Assembly: GCA_964016885.1 (NCBI GenBank)
Contig: OZ024748.1
Location: forward strand, 50,468,001 to 50,532,000
Length of the DNA: 64,000 nucleotides
DNA from: Eledone cirrhosa
Lineage: Eukaryota
Direction: 5' to 3'
Each line of letters opens with the position of its first letter. Position 1 is the stretch's first letter. Positions 1-14,413 of this stretch are shown here, one piece after another. The notes beneath the pieces were generated by a model that made no database searches, was not told the DNA's origin, and saw only the letters and a program-made list of their open reading frames with translations. Position numbers and translations under genes: made by a program.

Positions 1-372
1 TGTTTTTGCAATATTATTTATTTCTATCCGTCTATCCTTCTAGCCCTTATTTCCTCTATATTCATCTATGTGGTTTGTTATACTTATATCTAGCTTTTTT
101 ATACTTTAAGTGCCAAATTGCGCATGTCTGAAATCCCCTCCCCTCAATGAAGCAAAAAAAAAAAATTATATATATATCTCGCATTGATTCATGAAATATT
201 TCATGTCCAGTATGTAAAATACTATTTAAAATTAATACATTTATCTGTCACACAAATGTTATAAAACATAAATGATGGGTATTTTTCTTCTCAGTGAAAA
301 TATGTACATAAGAAACTTGTCTGGAATATGCAAAGTCTTTTGTTTTTTTCCATATGATGAATATATACATAC

Positions 373-541
<169 letters not shown>

Positions 542-790
542 ATATATATATAATATATATATATAATATATAAGTATGTATGTATACGTACATACATATA
601 TGTATACAGACGTACAGTAGCATGCATATATATATATATATATATACATACAGGTACATATACATATATGCACGCATCAGTTTAGCGGACGCTTATTATA
701 ACGCCGCTTTGTTCGTTTGTAAACAAACTGAACAGCCTGACTTTATGCCATACGGTGTTAAGGCAACCACGTCACCTTTTTGTTCAACAC

Positions 791-857
791 TGACACGGGA
801 ACGATGTACTCGTTTCAAGCTTGTTAGCTATCATCAGCACCGTTTACCCATCTGCCA
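791..857 (-). ncRNA. Minimal type I hammerhead ribozyme (family A)
   Basis: Minus strand reads CGGUG-CUGAUGA-UAGC UAACAA GCUU-GAAA-C GA G-UA-CAUCG. The core is intact and stem I pairs CGGUG/CAUCG. Confidence 0.75.
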
Positions 858-1079
858 GATAGTTGAACGTTCGAAAGTATATACTTTCCTTATGAAAATT
901 AACGGCTGAGCAGCCTAATTTGCATATTGAGTGAGTTAAATCGGTCAGGCATACCGAAAACGATAGGTTGAAATAAAATGAAAACGAAATTTCATTTCTC
1001 ACTCTTAGTATGGCACTTACTTAAATGTAAGTACGTATGTATACGTACATACATATATGTATACAGACGTACAGTAGCA

Positions 1080-1157
<78 letters not shown>

Positions 1158-1240
1158 CAGGTACACATACATATATGCACGCATCAGTTTAGCGGACGCT
1201 TATCATAAGGAAAGTATATACTTTCGAACGTTCAACTATC

Positions 1241-1307
1241 TGGCAGATGGGTATACGGTGCTGATGATAGCTAACAAGCTTGAAACTAGTACATCGTTCC
1301 TGTGTCA
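1241..1307 (+). ncRNA. Minimal type I hammerhead ribozyme (family A), predicted cleavage after A1291 (GUA)
   Basis: CGGTG (1256-60), CTGATGA (1261-67), TAGC-TAACAA-GCTT, GAAA (1282-85), CTAGTA, CATCG (1292-96). Stem III is the palindrome ACTAGT. Confidence 0.85.
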
Positions 1308-1447
1308 GTGTTGAACAAAAAGGTGACGTGGTTGCCTTAACACCGTATGGCATAAAGTCAGGCTGTTCAGTTTGTTTACAAACGAACAAAGCGGCGTTAT
1401 AATAAGCGTCCGCTAAACTGATGCGTGCATATATGTATATGTACCTG

Positions 1448-1525
<78 letters not shown>

Positions 1526-1923
1526 TGCTACTGTACGTCTGTATACATATATGTATGTACGTATACATACATACATACTTACATTTAAGTAAGTGCCATA
1601 CTAAGAGTGAGAAATGAAATTTCGTTTTCATTTTATTTCAACCTATATATAATATATATATATATATATTATATATATATATAATATATATATATATAAA
1701 TGTATGTATGTATATATTCATATATATATATATATACATATATATGGGGGGAGGGGGGCTTGTGTGTGCGTGTGTATGTATTTTTCTATGTATAAAAATG
1801 ACCGAAGATGGACACTGCAGAATCCGTCGTATATGTATATACACACACACATATATATACACATACACACATACGTACATACATACATACATACATACAT
1901 ACATACATACATACATACATACA

Positions 1924-1954
<31 letters not shown>

Positions 1955-1957
1955 GTA

Positions 1958-1995
<38 letters not shown>

Positions 1996-2547
1996 CACTC
2001 ACATAGTTGTAGAAAACGGGATTTTATATGCGTAGTAAGCAGAGCACTCAGTCCAGAGGATGAGTTTGGTATTAATTTAGTTGCACAACAAATTAGCAAA
2101 GCTTACTCGCGGAAGTACGTTTTACCTAACAGATTTTCAACCTGAGTGAGCTTGTGCTGGGAACGGAATTATATATAAGCTGATCATACGGAAATGGAAA
2201 TTTATCGTGTAGGATGTATATCGATAAAAGAATATCTTGCAGATATTACATAATTGTACTTGTCTCAACACAAGATCTGATCTTTTTAATTGCTGCCCCC
2301 ACGCTGTGAAGTACATGTTACATAGCAACAACGATCAAGGATTAATCTTTCTCGGTTTGAAATAACTGAAAAGAATATTGTTTCCCAAGCATCAGTTTAA
2401 CTTTAGTTGTCTCCCTTATCGACGTCCATTGCGCAAAATCCAGTCAGCTCATATACGCCTCTGTTCTCACCACAACCGCACTCGGGTTGAAAATCCGCTA
2501 AGTGAAATGTGCATTCTTGTGTATGGTTTGCTAATTTGTTATGAGAC

Positions 2548-2611
<64 letters not shown>

Positions 2612-2667
2612 CTCGCTCTCTCTTTCTCTTTTTCTCCCCCTCTCTCTCTCTTGATATATATAGATAT

Positions 2668-3298
2668 ATATATCAAACTTAAGCCAAAATCTATTTTGGG
2701 GGGTGATATAAGCCAAATCGACAAGAAAAGTCGGCTTTAATTTATGCAATACCCCAACCATGGTTTCAGGAACTCATGAAATATCAGGAATTCCAAGTCA
2801 TTGGAATAATCAATATTAGAAGAATTAAAGTTCCTTCATCGGGAGGTGATTTCTTCTTATAAATAAAGGGACAAGTTTAATATATATCATATGTGCTATT
2901 TTGTTGGTAGACCGCGTGGTAAACAACATGTTAGATCACTGAATTACTATATTAATACATTCTACCAAACGGGACAACTTAAAGATATATCATACATACC
3001 AAAGCGTTAGTAGACCGCATGGTAAAACAACGTGCTGTAACGTTGAATTACTATATTACTATATATTCCACTCAAGGGGACAAGTTAAAGATATATCATA
3101 CATACCATAGCGTTAGTAGACCACATGTTGAAACAACGTGTTGTAACGCTAAAAGTACAGTAAGAATGTTTCATACTTAATGTATTAGGAATTCCTGATG
3201 CTGCATCTTGAGTTCCAGAAATCATAAGTCAAAGTCGACGTTTTTAGCCGATCTGGCTTATATATCCCCAAATGAGATTTTGGATTAAGTTTAATATA
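2668..3298. mobile_element. MITE-like element with long imperfect terminal inverted repeats and an internal ~104 bp tandem triplet
   Basis: ATATCAAACTTAAGCCAAAATCTATTTTGGGGG...AAAGTCGGCTTTAATTTATG at the left end is mirrored by CATAAGTCAAAGTCGACG...GATTTTGGATTAAGTTTAATAT at the right end. Three GGGACAA...GTAGACC..ATG...AACAAC units lie at ~2866-3150. Confidence 0.7.
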
Positions 3299-3470
3299 TT
3301 TCAATAGGTGGATAATTTATTAATATATCTTATCCTTTCATTGATATATTTACGTATTAGAGACAGTTAACTTTATAGAGGTATGAATTAATATATATAT
3401 ATATATATATATAAAAGCGTGAACCTAATAAACCTTTATTTGTCTGCCTCTTTGTTCCCGTATAAATTTG

Positions 3471-3745
<275 letters not shown>

Positions 3746-4769
3746 TCCGAACTAAACCACCCTGCGTGGCAGCCAGTGCGCGGGCCCCCATTTGCTGGTA
3801 ATAGTGAGAGTTGGGAGAGGGGGAGAGACGGAAACAGTGACTGGGGGAGGTTGGTACTTTTGTGTTTGGACCTTGTGTATGTGTATATGTTTGAAAGACA
3901 CACACCCACTGCAGTGTATACCCGAGTTTCAGTGACTGAAATTATTCTTATGTGTGAAAGTTTTGGGGTCCTGTGTATCTTCGCTTTCAAGTATGTTTAG
4001 TAACGCAGAAAAAATGAATACAATAAAATGGAGAATATTTTCATAGATGTATGTATGTGTTATGTCTGTTTTTATCTATGTCTGCGAAGGGATTACTGTA
4101 ACAAGAGAGCACCGATGGAAAATAACCATCACACTATTTATTTCGACGAGCTTTTCACTAGCTATTCGAATCGACGCCAACTAAATAAGTACCAGAAGAA
4201 CTAACAAGTGTCTTTAAAATGTACTATAACCATTAACTGCCGTGTCATTTTAATGACTGCAGTTCACTCAACAAAAAGCAGTATAATGCAAATTGAATGA
4301 AAACGAAAGCTAGGGAATTTTGTGTGAGAGAACAATCAGTATTCTTAAAGACGTTTCAATATTTCTTTAGATTCATTTACTGCTATAAGTCTTCCTGATA
4401 TATTTGATGGCTTTCATTGTCCTTGCTCGATAAGATACAACTTTACCGACGTCATTTTAACCAGTATTTCGAGATCGTAATATTCGAATAAATGTTTCAA
4501 AGTGGATAGAGTGATTAGTAAATATGTCTGTGATTATCTTTCAATATCTATCGTAGCTAAATTCTAATTCACGAGGCAAAGGAATATGTTGCATGTATAT
4601 CATAAACATAGCATACCAGTAATGAATTATGGAGCAGAGATGTAGCCGAGGACGGAAATCACGGAATAGAAACTTAGTATAACACAAACAAATTTAACAT
4701 GACGTATGTTACGCATCTCAAATGATAGAAATTGTCAATGAGTATTTTGTTTTAGATCCCGTAATCACC

Positions 4770-5090
4770 AAAGGAGTCATAGACGCATCGTATCGACTTA
4801 GGCCGTTTCTAGGGCATTTTTAAAAATCTGATGGAAACTCATCTCATCTCCAGTTCTGAACACACCAGATTTCTTCCAGAGAAAGATAGAGTGAGAGAAT
4901 GTAAGTGAGAAAGAGATATAGAGGAAGAATCGACCCCGTACTTGATTGGTACTTATTCTATCGACATTGAATGGATGAAAGTAAAAGTCGACCACGACGA
5001 GATTTGAACTCAGAGAGCAGAAAGACGAAGCGAATACTGCAAAGCATTCTTTATCTGTCATTTTAACAACTTGTCCAATTCACTGCTTCT
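4770..5090 (-). mobile_element. Degenerate tRNA-derived SINE with extended 3' tail, inserted in an old RTE-like remnant
   Basis: Reverse complement has GAGTTCAAATC and TTTCATCC...GTCGATA...AGTACC. The tail matches 7655-7830. The flank at ~4613-4645 translates as IPVMNYGAEM (RTE-like). Confidence 0.55.
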
Positions 5091-5515
5091 CAATGGTTAT
5101 TAGAGCTAACAAAAAATGAATCACAGCAAGGAAAGTCTGTGAGACACCATAACACGTATTTAGAAGAGGAAATTGAAGCAGTCAAGTCATGAGTGGCAAA
5201 TAAATGAAAAAAAGATGGGAAAACATAGGTACAAAATGGAGTCAAAGGGACAGGTTCGCGTAATCGAGGAAAACAGAGAAGTTAAGGAGATATATTAAAT
5301 AAGATTATCGGTCTTACAGTAGTGATAGGGGAATTGGATACGAGAAAATTGCACCAGCTAGGACAAGAGTTCACTTACAACGAAGTGTGTGAACGATGTT
5401 TGTGATGATGATAATATTAAGAGAAATATATAAATCTATATTAAATTTCACCCAATTTAAAAAAATATATTTTCTTTCCTAGAAAATATTTCCGAAGATT
5501 ATAAAAAGTCAAATA

Positions 5516-5570
<55 letters not shown>

Positions 5571-6171
5571 TACACACACACAAATGCACCCACACACACA
5601 CACATACATACACACACACATATATATCTATATATATTTATTTATTCATTTACAACAATATTCATATAATGTATTATTTTGAAACATACTTACAAACACA
5701 CATACACACACACAGTTGTACACACACACACACACACACACATACACACGTGTGCACAATAGCACACACACACACACACACACGCAGATATACACAATAA
5801 CACCCACACACCCCCACATATACACAATAACAAGTACACCCACACGCACATATACATAATAACAAACACAAATACAAAATAACACACACACGCACATATT
5901 TATTTACTTATTTATTCATGTATTTATTTATTTATTTACCTATTCATTTAATTATTTATATGCGAAATATATGAATTAATCATTGGCTACCAATTTTTAT
6001 CACACTCTAGCTGAAAACATAGATATTGAAAAAGAAATAAAGTATATATTTTTTTTATTTTAAATACAGAAAAATAAATCAAAACGGGACAGAAATTACG
6101 TAGCAGCAGCAATTTAGCCTGCAGGGAGAAAGAAAGAATTAATTATGACGATAGATAAATATATATGTAAG

Positions 6172-6232
<61 letters not shown>

Positions 6233-6233
6233 G

Positions 6234-6270
<37 letters not shown>

Positions 6271-6500
6271 ATGTGAATGTGTGTGTGTGTGTATGGGAGT
6301 ATGTGTATGTGTGTGTATATGTGAATGTGTGTGTGTGTATATGTGTATGTGAGTATGTGTATGTGTGTGTGTATATGTGAATGTGTGTGTGTGTGTATGT
6401 GACGAATAATAATAAAGTAGTAAAAGTACACCCAATGTTCTTTATATGTATACATGCAAATTTACAATAGTCAAAAGAAAGGAATTAGAGAATTAGTCCA

Positions 6501-6540
<40 letters not shown>

Positions 6541-6800
6541 TGTGTGTGTGTATGTGTGTACGTATGTATGTGTATGTGTGTGTGTGTACGTATGTATGTG
6601 TATATGTGTGTGTGTGTGAAGATGTAGATTATAAATACTGTCAGTGCGATAGTAGGTGCGGTTTCGTCTTGCCTTGTTGGTGTTGGTCTTCGACATATTG
6701 AAAATCTATTATTAGAAGTTACTACATCGTTCAAGAGAAGGCATAGAGGCACAATAAGTGCCATCTTGTAAAGCATGTCGTCAGCCATTATATATATAAA

Positions 6801-7214
6801 AAGGGTGGTCGATTGGCAGTATCGGTAGAGGGTCGGACGCTATGCTTTGACGCATAGAGTTACGGCCCTTGCCATTCTGAGTTCAAATCCCGCCGAGGTT
6901 AGCTTTGCCTTTCATCCTTACGGGGGTCGATAAAATAAAGTACCAGTAATACACTGAGTAATTGCTGGCCTTGTGCCTAAAGTAGAAACAATTATATATA
7001 TAAAAAGGCGGTGGATTAGCAGAAGGCGGTGGATTGGCACTATCGGTAGAGGGTCGGACGCCATGCTTTGAAGCATATAGTTATCTTCTTTTATGATCTG
7101 AGTTCAAATCCCACCGAGGTTAACTTTGCCTTTCATCCTTACAGGGTCGATAATATAAAGTACCAGTAATACACTGGGATAATTGCTGGCCTTGTGCCAA
7201 AAGTAGAAACAATT
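6801..7214 (+). mobile_element. Two head-to-tail tRNA-derived SINEs with a conserved central domain (Meta/Nin-type)
   Basis: Each copy has an A-box-like TGGCAGTATCGG, a B-box GAGTTCAAATCC and the core GCCTTTCATCCTTACGGGGTCGATAAAATAAAGTACCAG. The copies are separated and flanked by ATTATATATATA...AAA. Confidence 0.85.
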
Positions 7215-7519
7215 ATATATATATATAAAAATATGTATCTATGTGTTTGTGTTATATATTTACAATTTGTCTAACGATCTAACGGTTCAGTTAGTTTGCT
7301 TTCCATTTTGTTTTCTAATTTATGCGCAGGTCAAATAATCTGGCGGGTTGGGGTGTAAATTTATTAAATTGACAACAGTTCTTGATTGGTACTTTACTTT
7401 ATCGACCTTGGAAGTTGACCATTGTGAAGTTTGAACTCAATCAGACTGTAAATATAAAAGTAGAATGTAGATATATTTAACCTGTTATAAATGCCTTAAT
7501 ATTCACCGGAAATTAAAGG

Positions 7520-7850
7520 TTTAACATCAGATAGAATGTTTGCGAGATTTGTTTTGGCTCTCTGTCTCTAAGTTCAAATCCCCACGAGGTCAACTTTCCA
7601 TTTTATTCATTCGAAGTCGATAAAATAGTACCAGTCTAGTACTGGGGCCGATTCTTCCTGTATATCTGTTTCTTATTTCCATTCTCTCAATATCTATCCT
7701 TTTCTGGACGAAATCTGCCGTATTCCGACCTGGAGAGGAGATGGGCTGCATCAGGTTTTAAAATGTCCTGGAAACTCCGTATGTCCATACGATGCCCCTT
7801 CGACTCACTCAGTAGTCACGAGACCACGCATACATTCATATCAAAAGGCA
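7520..7850 (+). mobile_element. Degenerate SINE with extended tail
   Basis: B-box AAGTTCAAATCC and the core motif are present. The tail is homologous to 4770-4925 (reverse). Confidence 0.55.
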
Positions 7851-7916
7851 CACAATGATATAAACGTCTTTTATATTCGTATTTCTTTAACATAAACGTG
7901 GATTTCATTAATTAAT

Positions 7917-8102
7917 TGTTTCTACTTTTGGCACAAGGCCAGCAATTACCCAGTGCATTACTGGTACTTCATTTTATCGACCCCGAAAGGATGAAAGGCA
8001 AAGTTAACCTCGGCGGGTTTTGAACTCAGTCCGTAAAGGGACGTAACTATGCTGGAAAGAATGGCGTCCAACCCTCTACCGATACTACCAATCCACCGCC
8101 CT
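7917..8102 (-). mobile_element. Full-length tRNA-derived SINE with 18-bp target site duplication
   Basis: Reverse-complement copy of the 6801 SINE, flanked by TGGATTTCATTAATTAAT at 7899-7916 and 8103-8120. Confidence 0.9.
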
Positions 8103-8720
8103 TGGATTTCATTAATTAATATCGAAGTATGCATGCTGAAACTCGCCTTTTCACATTCACGTAAGATTCACACCGATAACCGACGTGGATCCGTTATCAC
8201 ATTTGAATCGTAAAGTAGTAAATATTTTACAAAGAATCCGATTTCAGAGATACAGGAACTGTGTCCTAGGTCAAACATTCTGATATATTATTCAAACTAG
8301 TAAAAACAATAACAATAAAATCACAAATATATTTATGTAAATAATTCAGCATTTGCTTCACATTATCTACATATAATTTTCTATATCTAGATAAAACAGT
8401 TGATGTTGACTCAAAGTCTGGTATATAACATGATTGATTTTCTGTTCAATTTATCACTGTATCTCATGATATCTTTTTATTTGTTTTTATTAAATGAATA
8501 ATTGAAATAAAATAATGAAAACTCAATTTCATGGTTTTCTCATGGCACCAATCAAATTATATTCGACTATCATGGATGCAAGAGGATGCCCCGAAAGATC
8601 GATAATCACCAGTCTCTCCCTTTCTTCCTTTCTTTCTTTCATTAATATTTTTTCTTTCCTGCTTTCTTTCTTTCTTTTTCTCTCAATATATGGTGTATCT
8701 TAATATCCAAAATATATTTA

Positions 8721-8841
<121 letters not shown>

Positions 8842-9519
8842 ATATATATACATATATATTTTATATATATAATATAAGGTTGTATGCATACAGATATACA
8901 TAGACTACATATTAAATGCGACTCTTCATGATGTAGTTAATATCTTCATAACGCGCTTAGACGTGACTCTCTATCTCTCTGGCACACACACATACACAGA
9001 CAGACAGGCACATATCCCCCCATATATATATATATATATATATACGCATAAAAAGAAATACATATCACACGAGAACCTAAAAGCGAGTTAGTAGAAATAG
9101 CAACCAAATCAATAACACATTTCTTCAATTTTCTTACATAAACTGTAGGACTCATTGGAAAAGCCAGTCTTGAAATATAAAGACGGATATTGAAGATTGG
9201 AAAACCTTTGATCATATACCAGCTTTATCAAAACTCATCACATCAACATGAACAATTAGCAAAGGTAAAACTTGCTCAAATACCCTTATTTAGAAACAGA
9301 GAGAGAAAAAGAAATAGAGAAAGAAAGGTATGTGACAATCTACCTGATATTTACATTTAGAATAACTAGAAGTTTTTTCAACACACTGAAGTGTATGTGT
9401 ATATGCGTGTGCGTGTGTGTATGTGCATATACATATATTTATATGTATGAGTATATACGCGAAAATATAAACGCGAAAACATAAACGCGAAAACATAAAC
9501 GCGAAACCAGACACACTTA

Positions 9520-10312
9520 CGAAAATACACACTCACAGATATACATTCACACAAACACAGACATACATTCACACAAAACACTCACACACACATACATATA
9601 TTTAAACAATCACTCGTATACACATACAGTCACATACAGCGTAGCAAATGAAGCGCCACACGAAAATACACACTCATAGATATACATTCACACAAACACA
9701 GACATACATTCACACAAAACACTCACACACACACACATATATTTAAACAATCACTCATATACACATACAGTCACATACAGCTTAGCAAATGAAGCGCCAC
9801 CCGAAAATACACACTCATAGATATACATTCACACAAACACAGACATACATTCACACAAACACAGACATACATTCACACAAACACAGACATACATTCACAC
9901 AAAACACTCACACACACATACATATATTTAAACAATCACTCATATACACATACAGTCACATACAGCGTAGCAAATGAAGCGCCACACGAAAATACACACT
10001 CATAGATATACATTCACACAAACACAGACATACATTCACACAAAACACTCACACACACACACATATATTTAAACAATCACTCATATACACATACAGTCAC
10101 ATACAGCGTAGCAAATGAAGCGCCACCCGAAAATACACACTCATAGATATACATTCACACAAACACAGACATACATTCACACAAACACAGACATACATTC
10201 ACACAAACACAGACATACATTCACACAAAACACTCACACACGCACACATATATTTAAACAATCACTCATATACACATACAGTCAAACACAGCGTAGCAAA
10301 TGGAGCGCCACT
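9520..10312. repeat. Minisatellite, five units of ~141 or ~185 bp
   Basis: CGAAAATACACACTCA...GTAGCAAATGAAGCGCCAC units start at ~9520, 9661, 9802, 9987 and 10128. A 22-bp internal subrepeat varies in copy number. Confidence 0.9.
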
Positions 10313-11464
10313 CGCTGTTTTGCTATAGTATTTTCACCATCCCCTTCCTTTCTTTTTCGCACACATACATTCACAACACACACACACTCACACACTCACA
10401 CATTTTGGCACTCCCAGAAAAAAAAAAAAAAAAAAAATAAAATCCACATTTTACACTAATCAGTGTGATACTTTAATCAGATCAGAACACATTCGTGAAT
10501 GAGTCAAGGCTAATTATTTCCAAAATACATAGCTAATACAAGAGAAGATAAAAGTAATCAAAACGTTGAAGGTGCAACACAGAGCGCTATTTCCATTACT
10601 TAAAAAAATGGGAAATTAGCTATAGCTTGAGGAATCTAAGAACACACACCCGAAAAAGAAAACAAGAGGAAATTATTGTTTGGCTTAGAATCTAACACAT
10701 TCTAAGAATTAGCATAATAATTTCATTCCGGAATAACGACGTTGCATACAGCAGATGCTTAACTTCAGATTATGTAGAATTAATTGCATAAAAGATAAAT
10801 CTCCCCGGGATAGTAATTTAGCACAATAGCATTCGACGTTTCTAGAGAAAAACAGATATATATATTACCTATAACGTAAACACGTTACACACACACACAC
10901 AGACACACACACACACACACACACAGAGACACATATATATATATATATATATGCGCGGGATGCGTGCGTATGTGTGTGTGTGTAAAAGGTAAACAGAAAT
11001 AACAAAACAAACGACACAGTATATGGAAGAAATATATTAGTTTAACGCTTATATACAGCAAAGTTGCATGCGGGTAAAAAATAGAAACGAAATATGTAGG
11101 ACGAATGAACGAAAGAGTCTACCTTCCTCTTCAGCCACCCTCTGGGCAATGCAATTTCATGCAGAGGGGTGTTATTGCATAGTATTGGGTCTAGGTTAAA
11201 CGAGGGTTTAGAACAAACCGCAGGGAATATGCGTATGAGATAACACAACATAGAAACATAGGAAAAGAAGTGAGCGTCTGGAAACAGGACAGGATAGAGA
11301 TAAGAGGAGTTGTGCAAATGATAACGCCGGAAGGAGGGAAATATGAACGGAATTTTCTCGAAAAACGAGGAGAGAGAGAACGAGCGTGTGTCTGCGCGTA
11401 AGTGTGTGTGGGCGTGTAAGAGAGAGAGAGAGAAGAGGGAGACAGAGAGAGAGGGAGGGGGAGG

Positions 11465-11495
<31 letters not shown>

Positions 11496-11613
11496 TGGCC
11501 GGTTAATTGTGATGCTGGTAATTAAACAGTTAGTTAATCAAGAAAGTGGTGCGAAGCGTTACAATAGTAATAAATTGCAAAGGTGCACACGAAAAAAAAA
11601 CAAAAAAAAACAG

Positions 11614-11655
<42 letters not shown>

Positions 11656-11657
<2 letters not shown>

Positions 11658-11792
11658 CAAATTAAATATACAATTGGCTTCTACAGGACTAAAACTGTTC
11701 CATTCGAAGGAAATCACCAGGGCTTTCCAGATAATTTACTTCGAAGGAAACACTTCTAGATTAGTAGAAGCAAATTCTATGTTAAATTTGTT
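11656..11792. mobile_element. Small MITE-like inverted repeat
   Basis: AACAAATTAAATATACAATTGGCTTCTA pairs imperfectly with TAGAAGCAAATTCTATGTTAAATTTGTT. There is an inner TTCGAAG/CTTCGAA pair, and the element lies next to (TA)n. Confidence 0.55.
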
Positions 11793-11970
11793 GTGGTTAC
11801 CCCTGATTGAACTCGGGACTCATGTAAAGGTATATATATATATATATATATATATTGTGGAAGGACTAGCGTCCGAAACGTTAAAACCCTCTTCCTGCTA
11901 TATCAAGCGTTAACCTAATATATACCTTCCATATACTGTACCGATTGTGTTGTTATTTCGGTTTACTTTT

Positions 11971-12011
<41 letters not shown>

Positions 12012-12078
12012 TATATACGTACCCCCCTCCCCCCACATACACAAACACAAACACACACACACACACGCACACACACAC

Positions 12079-12115
<37 letters not shown>

Positions 12116-12211
12116 TACAAATATATATATATATTTATATACATATATATAAATATACATACGTTTATATATATGCGTGTGTGTGTGAGTATGTGCCTGT
12201 GTGTGTGTGAG

Positions 12212-12252
<41 letters not shown>

Positions 12253-12349
12253 ATAATTCGATTTTTGTAGCACCATTCACATTTCAACAGGAAAAAGGAA
12301 GTATTAACATCAAAACGAGTTTCCTATCATTTGAAGGCTAAAGTCTTTG

Positions 12350-12790
12350 ATCCTTACATCCTACCAGTTGTTTTATATGGTTGATTATGTTAATTGGACG
12401 AAAAGGTTACTTCAGAAGGTCTCTACATTCCAAAACCACATCATGATCCTTATGACTGGCAAGCGGCTATACCACCGTATCTGTATCAGTGAGCTGCTCG
12501 GCATCACCAGGCTTAGACCAATCACATCAGTTGTCAGATCAAGAGTGCTTAAACTGTACGGTCATATCAAAAGATCAACTCGTGGTGTGAGTAGGTTATG
12601 CCTAGAAAAAAAAAAACGTTGGCTGGTAAGAGAAGTAAGTAGAGGTCGGCAGCCAAAAGAATGGCTTGACTATGTCAACTTATGAACTCGACTTGACCTT
12701 TGCTCCGTAAACTCTGATGTTGGTGATTGAACATTGTGGAGAAAAATATCTCATGTTGATGCGCAGTCTGCAACTGGCGGAGTTTAGCGT
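12350..12790 (+). pseudogene. RTE-type LINE ORF2 C-terminal remnant
   Basis: Translation contains WTKRLLQKVSTFQN...RSRVLKLYGHIKR...RGRQPKEWLD, resembling the RTE C-terminus. Confidence 0.6.
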
Positions 12791-13783
12791 CTGAATATAT
12801 TCACATTTACATACATACTCAAACTCAAACAATGGCACAGCACCAACAACAGTAATGGATATGAATAATTCGCCCAAAAACACGAGAGAAAGGCTAAACG
12901 AATCTGTTGTTAATTAATGTAAAACTAAAGAAGCAATAACAACAACAATAACAGCAGGTAGACCAGCAGCAATAACAACAACACCAAAGTGGATATATAA
13001 AACACTAACAAATACAATATATAACAAAAGAATAATTATACGAAAACCCAATAAAATATTCCGCCATCTTTCCTATTATATGATGCAAGCATGCACATCC
13101 TTGAAATGTGGTCAACAAGCGGTCAGCTATGGTCAAACTTAGTAACAAGATATTGATAAAATTCTCTGGCTTCATTCGAGCGTTCACTGCTGTAATCAGA
13201 ATACATTTTTCTTGGTCAACAAATTTGGATAATTTACACAAAATGGTCGACGCATGGTTACTTGATGGTTCTGGCTAAAAGATAAATACTTTAGTTGTAT
13301 TAACGTTCCTTCTTATGAAAACGTTCATTGGGGAGTGAAGTGCTGGGAATTGTGTGTATTTTCTAGGGACATGTTTGTGTTTTTGTGTGTTTTTCTCTCT
13401 GTTGATGAGATGATGTATATTTATGTTCTTGTGTATATGTGCATAGAAATTGATCCATACAAATGTACACTTATAAACAGATATTATAATCATGTTCGTT
13501 GGTTGGTGAAAAGCTGAAGCACGTGCGTACATACAATTGGTATAGATGTGTCTCGTCTTGGGTTGTGTGCTTTGTGTGTATCTATAGATATCTGTTGATT
13601 ATCAGATATATAAACACATATATATACGATGATGTTTGCTCGAAGGAGAATACCTCATTTGTGATATATGAAAATCAGTTCAGTTAAAGTGTGTGTATAC
13701 GGTTTAATACACGCATAGAAACACACATATGTATACTTATAGACGAATACATATATACATACATACTTACATACACACACACA

Positions 13784-14107
<324 letters not shown>

Positions 14108-14113
14108 TTCCTG

Positions 14114-14175
<62 letters not shown>

Positions 14176-14413
14176 ATTTAAGACAGGAAGGACGATATCG
14201 CCAAAAACTCAGATGTTTATTAGCTTGTTCTGAATATATTCAAACGGAACACGTCTTTGGGAGAAGTAGAAATTAGTATGGGAATCAAAAAATAAGAGAG
14301 AGCTCCTGCTTAACAGAATCAGTGTGTTGGTGACAATGTAAATATTTTTTACTTATGTCTATAAAACGTTCGTATTTTTGTTTCCTTATGTGTTCGGTTT
14401 CAGAAACAATTAT

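Larger units (their letters stand above)
571..1644. mobile_element. Retrozyme-like / non-autonomous Penelope-like element, family A, locus 1 (about 1.4 monomers on the minus strand, then an inverted monomer on the plus strand)
   Basis: 571-1027 restarts at 1028 (period ~457). From ~1204 the sequence is the reverse complement of the same unit. It contains two hammerhead motifs in opposite orientation, is flanked by TA-rich runs and is homologous to 16274-16873 and 28066-28954. Confidence 0.8.

Noticed and set aside
9520-10312. CRISPR-like array
   Set aside because: The units are fully repeated with no unique spacers, and the context is eukaryotic.
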